Shown piece after piece: positions 58,035 through 64,000 of a stretch of DNA of 64,000 nt. The notes beneath the pieces are model-generated. The model did no database searches and was not told the origin of the DNA. It worked only from the letters and a program-made list of their open reading frames with translations. Source of the DNA: a virus; IMG/VR virus record IMGVR_UViG_3300032241_000811, positions 1 through 64,000 of that record. The stretch is one strand, 5' to 3'. The translations under genes were made by a program, and so were the position numbers. The number at the start of each line of letters is the position of its first letter. Within the stretch, counting starts at the first letter, position 1.

Positions 58035-58789
58035 GGTAAGTTGCCTTTATAGTTTTCAAGTTGTATTTTGTTTCCGTTGTCAAAGAACTCTTTATTGACA
58101 GACTTGGGATTGCCATCTAGTCTATAGCAAAGAGTATGCTTGCATGTGGTGTTCCACTTTGATCTGTCTTTTATTGCATAGAAATACCTGCGATCTTCAC
58201 CCCAAGGTCCACTATGCCAAAGATGACAGGTTTGCTTGATAAAGTTTCGTGTAAATGCAAAAGAAGATGTATCAACCAAATATTGAGGATTATCATGAGT
58301 GAAATAGATGGGCCACTTACCCAGGCTCTCACAGTTATCTTCTGCTACAAATTTCTTATCAAGAGAGTATGCAGACCTAAAAGAGTGTGCCCAATCCAAT
58401 CCTTCACTCTCAATCAAGTCAATCAGTGTCTCCACATGGTTATCTTGATACCAGTTATCTTCATCAAGAAAGAACACATAGTCTGAGTTGACAAGATGAG
58501 GATAAGCAGCGTATATTCTCTGCCCATTGAAACCATTTGCACCAGTGTTCCATGGAGTAACCGTTGTAATGACCTTTCTATAATCTTCTGGTTTACGGTC
58601 TTTACGGCTATCAATAGCTTCTATGACATTATCAATGACTGAATCAAAGTGTTCAGGACCATCAGATACAACAAGGTGCTTGACACCTTCATAAGTTTGA
58701 TTGAGGATGGATTGAACAGCATCTTGCAGCTTTGCAGAGCCAACTGTTGGGGTGATGACTGTGACTGATTTGAGTATCTTGAGTTTCAT
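58019..58789 (-). CDS. GT2 glycosyltransferase
   Basis: VITPT, S...QTY, VVSDG, FLDEDN, GEDR. Confidence 0.85.
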   Translation of the reverse strand: MKLKILKSVTVITPTVGSAKLQDAVQSILNQTYEGVKHLVVSDGPEHFDSVIDNVIEAIDSRKDRKPEDYRKVITTVTPWNTGANGFNGQRIYAAYPHLVNSDYVFFLDEDNWYQDNHVETLIDLIESEGLDWAHSFRSAYSLDKKFVAEDNCESLGKWPIYFTHDNPQYLVDTSSFAFTRNFIKQTCHLWHSGPWGEDRRYFYAIKDRSKWNTTCKHTLCYRLDGNPKSVNKEFFDNGNKIQLENYKGNLPWKNT

Positions 58790-58852
58790 ATTATATCATT
58801 CCATAATGGCAGGACATAGGTATTATATGCCCTGATTCAAGTGTTGTCAAGT

Positions 58853-58890
58853 AAAAAAATAGGAGAGGTCGTTTCTGACCCCTCCTATTT
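58853..58890 (-). terminator. Rho-independent terminator
   Basis: aaataggag..ctcctattt stem followed by a T-run. Confidence 0.7.
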
Positions 58891-58908
58891 AGTAGAGTAA
58901 TTTATCGG

Positions 58909-59055
58909 TTAGTATGAACTTCGTTTCTCATAAGACATACGATCCCATTCCCTTTGTAGCATTTCAAGGTGAACTATATCGACGGCTTGTGATAGAAAGT
59001 TGTTCATTCTTTCCTGTTCAGTCGGAAAAAACTTTTTGATATACTTTTTTATCAT
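58909..59055 (-). CDS. DUF3563-like small protein
   Basis: 48 aa, FLSQAVDIVHLE..QREWD; coupled to hsp20 through TAATG. Confidence 0.55.
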   Translation of the reverse strand: MIKKYIKKFFPTEQERMNNFLSQAVDIVHLEMLQREWDRMSYEKRSSY

Positions 59056-59519
59056 TAGTTTGCCTCATCTTCTTCGGTAAGAAGTTCTTTCTTGGTAGCG
59101 ACTGTGTTTACAGGCACCTTCTTTGGCTTCTTCTCTTCCGGAATGAAGCGTTCAAGCCAAATCTTGAGCATACCATTGATAAGGTCTGCATTCTTGACTT
59201 CAACAGAATCAGCAAGAGTGAACTTGCGAGTGAAGGCACGGTCTGCAATACCCTTGAAGATATAGTCGCTGTTATCCTTTGCTGTGATGATTCCTGTGAT
59301 TGTCAAGATACCATCCTGAATTTCAACATCGATGTCTTGCTGGCCAAAGCCAGCGACAGCAATCTCAACGACATAGTGATTGTCATTGACCTTGCGGATA
59401 TTGTATGGGGGATAAGTTGGAATCTTTGGAAGGGTTTCAGTCAGTTCGTTCAGCTTCTTGAACATATCGTCAAAGCCGACAGTGGACTTATAAAAGTTGA
59501 ATGGATCAAATGTATTCAT
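59055..59519 (-). CDS. hsp20: small heat shock protein Hsp20
   Basis: YPPYNI, EIAVAGF, GIA.R.F.R.F.LA, NGML.I.L. Confidence 0.93.
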   Translation of the reverse strand: MNTFDPFNFYKSTVGFDDMFKKLNELTETLPKIPTYPPYNIRKVNDNHYVVEIAVAGFGQQDIDVEIQDGILTITGIITAKDNSDYIFKGIADRAFTRKFTLADSVEVKNADLINGMLKIWLERFIPEEKKPKKVPVNTVATKKELLTEEDEAN

Positions 59520-59612
59520 GTATATTCTCCTTGTTAAGCGAGTTATGATTTCCTCTCCCATGATGGCAAGAGGTTTGTGCGCGAGATACGCAATACCTTA
59601 TTCCCGCGCACA
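59520..59612 (-). promoter_or_regulatory. ROSE-like RNA thermometer
   Basis: three hairpins; the last is CUCGCU-uaaca-AGGAG, pairing the SD with a bulged G. Confidence 0.65.
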
Positions 59613-59663
59613 ATAGTATATATAACACATCTCTACAGAAATGTCAAGTGTTTATGAGATTTT

Positions 59664-60020
59664 TTATGATGATGGGCTGCCGTCTGAAAAGTTTGCTGAG
59701 CCGCTAGAGATAATATGCCCATCATAAGCATCACCAACGCGAGCCAGACCCCTTCCTTCTACTGTTACATGAGCAGAAGCAGTTGATAATGCAGGAGCGT
59801 GTGCAGAGCAGAAGCATCCAAATGGATGGGAAAGCATGGCATCGCCTCGTCTGACAACACCTATTCCATTTATTGTGACAGTGGAAGAGCCTGCATCTGT
59901 TGCTTGAACAGAGGGGGCTAGGCAAGAAGGTGGATCAGTTGGTGGACCGCATGGTGGTGCTGGATTTCCATCGGGAGATTGAACAGAATCAAATCCACTC
60001 TTTCTTGCTACAGCAGGCAT
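59664..60020 (-). CDS. PAAR-motif spike tip protein (gp5.4-like)
   Basis: MPAVAR, GS..V.ING..V.R.GD, ARVGD. Confidence 0.85.
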   Translation of the reverse strand: MPAVARKSGFDSVQSPDGNPAPPCGPPTDPPSCLAPSVQATDAGSSTVTINGIGVVRRGDAMLSHPFGCFCSAHAPALSTASAHVTVEGRGLARVGDAYDGHIISSGSANFSDGSPSS

Positions 60021-60655
60021 TATTTTATCCCAGTTGAACCCAGCCCTCCAACTCTATCGGTTTTCTGCGTGGGTTTTGTTTTTGTTTCTTCTATCGTATA
60101 GACTTCAGACTTGACAAGTTCAGCCTGAGCAATACGATCACCATTATTTATTGTAAAATCGGTTTCTGAAATGTTTGTCAGCAAAACAAAAATCTCATTC
60201 ACATAGTCTGAATCAATGACGCCTTCAAGATTGGCCAAGACAATACCATTATTATATGACAGACCAGACCTTGGATGAAAGCGAACTGAGTATCCTTCTG
60301 GTATGTCAAAGAACAATCCAGTCGGCACCAAAATTCTATCACCAGGCATAATGCGTATATTACCATAATGCAATGGGCGAGAGAAAGGCGCACAATATTG
60401 GTTTATGCCCTCATATACATGCTTGCCTTCTGCTTGAAACGATAGATCAAAGCAAGCAGACTGCTTTGTAGCAAATGATGGCAGCTTGATGTTGTCGTTT
60501 ATCCTATAGATTTTCAAAGAACGAGGCTTGTAGATAAGTTCCTGTAAAGGTATGTGTTTGACTTCACCAGTATATGTGATGTTAGTATTTTTTAGGATTT
60601 CAGTTAGTTCTATTGTTTTCTTCTTTGTAGATGTCTTGATAGGTTTCTTTGCCAT
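60020..60655 (-). CDS. dut: dUTPase
   Basis: SACFDL, PRSGL, GVIDSDY, GDRIAQ, R.GGLGSTG. Confidence 0.93.
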   Translation of the reverse strand: MAKKPIKTSTKKKTIELTEILKNTNITYTGEVKHIPLQELIYKPRSLKIYRINDNIKLPSFATKQSACFDLSFQAEGKHVYEGINQYCAPFSRPLHYGNIRIMPGDRILVPTGLFFDIPEGYSVRFHPRSGLSYNNGIVLANLEGVIDSDYVNEIFVLLTNISETDFTINNGDRIAQAELVKSEVYTIEETKTKPTQKTDRVGGLGSTGIK

Positions 60656-61683
60656 TATGAAATTCCCAGCCATTCTTTGTTGTTGAGGTACCAATCACTC
60701 ACTTGCTTGATGCGATTGGTAAAGGTGATCTTTGGTTGCCATCCCAGCGACTTCATCAAGTCTCCAGACAGTGCATAGCGCAAGTCATGCCCAGGACGAG
60801 ATGAATGAAAGTCAACCATTTCATATTTGAGTTCCTTGCCCTGCGCCTCTGCTACCATTTTTGCAAGAGATAGATTATCAATTTCTTCTGCACCTACGAT
60901 ATTAAACTTGGGAATGTATGCTCCACCAAAGTCTGGTGGTGTCTTGGGCTTGTTCTGCACCAAGAACATTACGGCATCAGCAACATCCTTTGCGTGAATG
61001 TAGAAGCGTGAGCCTGCTTTAGTCTTTGTCTTGTCAGCATGAATGGTTACAGGTTCACCCAGATGCACCTTGCGTATGCACATTGGAATGAACTTCTCTG
61101 GTGTCTGCCGTTCGCCAAACACATTCATCGTGTGTGTAATCATAATAGGCAGCTTGTATGTATTCTCAAAAGCAACACACATTTCTTCACCAGCAGCTTT
61201 GGTAGCAGCATATGGATTAGAGGAGTTATATCTTGCTCTCTCATCATATCTGACACCAAGAGGTGCAGGTCCAAAGACTTCATCTGTGCTGAAATAAAGT
61301 AACGAATCTAGGTTATCAAGCTGTCTGGCATAGTTCAAGAGATTGACTGTGCCTACCACATTGTCTTGCACAAACTCCATTGGGTTCTGAATTGATCTAT
61401 CCACATGCGATCCAGCAGCAACATGCAGAATGATGTCGGGCTTGCCAATGAGGTTTGCTGTGTGGGCGTTTATTTCAGCGCGAAGGTCATGAAACACAAC
61501 CTTTACTCGCTTTCTTTGTTCAGGAGAATATCCTTCAAGTATCTGACTCAGGCGATTGAGATTGCCTGAAAAGTCAAGACGATCAAGTGTAATCACATTA
61601 TAGTCGGTGGTGGCGATAATGGCATCAACAATATGATGCCCAATAAAGCCTGGTCCGCCTGTCAATAATACATTCTTTGTCAT
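60655..61683 (-). CDS. rfbB: dTDP-glucose 4,6-dehydratase-like SDR
   Basis: TGG.GFIG, SHVDRSI, STDEVFG, PY.A.K, RPGHD.RY. Confidence 0.88.
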   Translation of the reverse strand: MTKNVLLTGGPGFIGHHIVDAIIATTDYNVITLDRLDFSGNLNRLSQILEGYSPEQRKRVKVVFHDLRAEINAHTANLIGKPDIILHVAAGSHVDRSIQNPMEFVQDNVVGTVNLLNYARQLDNLDSLLYFSTDEVFGPAPLGVRYDERARYNSSNPYAATKAAGEEMCVAFENTYKLPIMITHTMNVFGERQTPEKFIPMCIRKVHLGEPVTIHADKTKTKAGSRFYIHAKDVADAVMFLVQNKPKTPPDFGGAYIPKFNIVGAEEIDNLSLAKMVAEAQGKELKYEMVDFHSSRPGHDLRYALSGDLMKSLGWQPKITFTNRIKQVSDWYLNNKEWLGIS

Positions 61684-61698
61684 AACAAAAACTTTCTG

Positions 61699-62148
61699 TT
61701 AGTAAGTCTTGGGATACTTTGCTTTTACAGCATTGATCTTTGCAACTATATCCTGATACTCAGCAGAGTCAATACCCTTGCCAATAGCACCCAACTGGTC
61801 ACCAATAGATGGATATTCAGCACGGCGCAGAGCATAATAGTCAGGCATGTAAGGTTTTACGATCTCTTCCTTTGCAACATCACGAGTTCTTGGTTGCCCT
61901 GTCATATTATCAATATCGTCTACTGTTTTTGGTGCAGCAGCCCATTGTGCTTCTCTTGCATCAATCTGTGCAGCAACATTAGCTTCAGCAGTAGCTAGAG
62001 ATTCCCCTACTGGTGCAAACTGAGGTATATAGATAGCCCAGTTTGGATATGTGTTACCCTTGTAAGTGACATTGAGAAAAGCAATGTCTCTTGTCTCAGG
62101 TGCTGGTGGTGTTTGAACACCGATTAGTTCAAGTGTAATATCAGCCAT
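61699..62148 (-). CDS. tail fibre assembly-like protein
   Basis: Y...RR.EYPSIGDQL...I.AVKAKYPK. Confidence 0.6.
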   Translation of the reverse strand: MADITLELIGVQTPPAPETRDIAFLNVTYKGNTYPNWAIYIPQFAPVGESLATAEANVAAQIDAREAQWAAAPKTVDDIDNMTGQPRTRDVAKEEIVKPYMPDYYALRRAEYPSIGDQLGAIGKGIDSAEYQDIVAKINAVKAKYPKTY

Positions 62149-62186
62149 TTTATTTATAATCTCCTATTATATTTCTGTATTTATTA

Positions 62187-63539
62187 TTACGGTTTTACGA
62201 TGTACCATAGGTCTTGTTGAGCATTTTCAATTCTCAAGCCTACGGAATCAGAAAACTTGTTAGCAGCCTTGTTGACATGCTCTAGCCGAGCAAAGCCATG
62301 ACCAAACATCAATCCTCCGGACTTGAGTTTCTTCCAATAGTTAGCGCAATCTTTGAGTATCTGGTCATATTCAGAACGACCATCAACAAAGACAAAATTG
62401 AGTGAGTTATCTTCAAACTGTACCAGAGCATCATCAGAAGATGCCTTGATGAACGTGAAGTTTTGCCGCTTTTCTGTCTTGCGCAGAAGTTCTTTATAGT
62501 GTTCTTCAACAGGCGGAACATGCCCATCATAATCCACATATGACACATAAGGATCAACACCATATAGCTTTAGATTTGTCATGGATGACAGCAAGTGTTC
62601 TGTTGTGATACCATCTGCTGTGCCTATTTCAAGCCCTGTTATGAGTTGCTGTGTTCCCCATTTCTCTGTTACAAGTTTTGGAATATCTTGACCTGGAAGC
62701 CAACGATCAAAGCCACCCTTTGGATTGTTGATGCCACCTGGCAATCTTGAGAACCAACGATGATCAACAAACTTCTTATCATCAATTGTCAATACGCCTG
62801 AGGGCTTGATGTTGGTGTAATACTTGTTGAGATTGACATCAGGGTGTGCTGTATACTTGCCCGTGGCGATGTCCATATGCAGACATTGCACATCTGTATT
62901 GACAAGCAGCTTGACACCGCGCTTACGGATTCTATGAACAAAGAAGTTATCTTCGCCAACGAAAGGAATGTCCTCAATATCCTTTGCGACAACGCAGAAA
63001 GGAAGTTCAGGTTCTTCTTGCTTCATCTTGCGCAGAAGATCAACAGGGATCAACATACAATCCATACCAGTCTGCCATGCTTCAAGAATCTGCCCAGGAT
63101 CGACATTAGGTACAACGATATGATTGTCCTTCTTGACAGAAATCATTGCGTGGCTGCACTTGATGTAATACACACCAGTTACTACTGAGCCTGGATTCTC
63201 TTCTGCTGTTTTGTGAAGTATCTTGAAAGCATCATAAGGCACCACAGTATCGTCACCGATAAAGAACATATACTTTGCGTCTGAGTCATTGATGACACGC
63301 TCAATCAGGTAGTTACGCGCAACGTCAACCATCTCACCAATGACATCAATATAAGCAAAGCTATGCCCCATGACATCAACATGGTTCAAACCATATCCAT
63401 TGAAAGTCTGTGCTGGGGTATCTTCTTTGGTTCTGCGAGGCTGAGCGATGATCACATAAGGGAATATCTGCTCTGCTTCTTTCTTGATGTCTCTCAAAGT
63501 CTGAATAATCTTTTCACGGCTATACATGGTAAAACTCAC
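62187..63539 (-). CDS. glycosyltransferase + class I SAM methyltransferase fusion
   Basis: VD.ARN, F.GDD, GED.FF..H; C-terminal LEIG..DG, VDP, FVFVDG, LKSGG. Confidence 0.75.
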   Translation of the reverse strand: MSFTMYSREKIIQTLRDIKKEAEQIFPYVIIAQPRRTKEDTPAQTFNGYGLNHVDVMGHSFAYIDVIGEMVDVARNYLIERVINDSDAKYMFFIGDDTVVPYDAFKILHKTAEENPGSVVTGVYYIKCSHAMISVKKDNHIVVPNVDPGQILEAWQTGMDCMLIPVDLLRKMKQEEPELPFCVVAKDIEDIPFVGEDNFFVHRIRKRGVKLLVNTDVQCLHMDIATGKYTAHPDVNLNKYYTNIKPSGVLTIDDKKFVDHRWFSRLPGGINNPKGGFDRWLPGQDIPKLVTEKWGTQQLITGLEIGTADGITTEHLLSSMTNLKLYGVDPYVSYVDYDGHVPPVEEHYKELLRKTEKRQNFTFIKASSDDALVQFEDNSLNFVFVDGRSEYDQILKDCANYWKKLKSGGLMFGHGFARLEHVNKAANKFSDSVGLRIENAQQDLWYIVKP

Positions 63540-63576
63540 CTCTCATAATAATGTTGGTAACAGTATATATGTGTTT

Positions 63577-63993
63577 TTATTTTGTGTCAAGTGGTGTCTT
63601 GAGTTTTCCAATGTTATATTTTGCAACAAGATTCCACTCTGATTTTTCCTTATGTGCAATGATCTTTATCTGGCTGATCGGAGCCACTGGGTCTTTGCTT
63701 TTTTCAGCGTCTACCAGCTTGACAAGTTCCCATTCGCTCAATAGATTTGCAATGGTATTTCTGCGAGACTTATCTTCATCTGAGAAGTCGGATTGCTTGC
63801 CATCAAGGATGAATAGTTCCTTGAAATGAATGATGTAATACTTGCCCTGCTTGTGTAGTATATGGCACGACTGATACAGGGTCTTTTCTTTTTTTGATGC
63901 CACACCAATACGAGAAAGAGTTTCTTTTACTTTCAGAAAGTCGTCTGGTTTATCTAGTGTCACCTCCAACAGATTTTCTATTAGATTTTGCAT
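63577..63993 (-). CDS. regA: translational repressor RegA
   Basis: DDFLKVKETLSRIGVAS, LYQSCHILHKQGKYYI.HFKELF. Confidence 0.96.
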   Translation of the reverse strand: MQNLIENLLEVTLDKPDDFLKVKETLSRIGVASKKEKTLYQSCHILHKQGKYYIIHFKELFILDGKQSDFSDEDKSRRNTIANLLSEWELVKLVDAEKSKDPVAPISQIKIIAHKEKSEWNLVAKYNIGKLKTPLDTK

Positions 63994-64000
63994 TATTGAC

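Noticed and set aside
1-64000. Genome-wide stop-codon reassignment, suggested by the CUA tRNA and the TGA-containing gene
   Set aside because: Core genes translate to full length in the standard code, and TAG and TGA both end genes at expected positions.

Overview
This is a segment of a large lytic T4-like myophage genome, almost entirely coded on the minus strand. The host is probably an alphaproteobacterium, possibly Rhizobiales (inferred from the class II RNR, a Rhizobiales-type secreted protein, a ROSE-like hsp20 leader and LsrB/VtlR-like boxes). In coordinate order it contains: early small genes, RNase H, a split PNK kinase/phosphatase with RNA ligase 1, NrdJ, ThyX and primase gp61; a lysis cassette (GH19 endolysin, holins); a late block of probable capsid-packaged multidomain proteins (HIGH nucleotidyltransferase-zincin-P-loop kinase, HAD-ParB, KxDG ligase-like, PD-(D/E)xK nuclease); Dps; a ~6.6 kb array of ~26 tRNA or tRNA-like genes plus fragments; helicase gp41, gp40, UvsX and DNA polymerase gp43; a GDP-fucose/colitose and glycosyltransferase island; hsp20, PAAR, dUTPase and RegA. 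Several free-standing GIY-YIG/HNH homing endonucleases are present. Main oddities: (1) one promoter-hairpin/GIY-YIG cassette sits at the CCA end of three different tRNA genes; (2) duplicated tRNA-Cys genes flank an amber-suppressor tRNA and a stand-alone CysRS anticodon-binding-like protein; (3) one gene has two in-frame TGA codons at probable Trp positions; (4) two tRNAs have non-canonical architectures; (5) a five-copy LysR-type operator lies at fixed spacing upstream of early promoters; (6) the late block may be a second, virion-delivered end-healing/sealing module. All calls come from motif recognition by eye; no searches were run.
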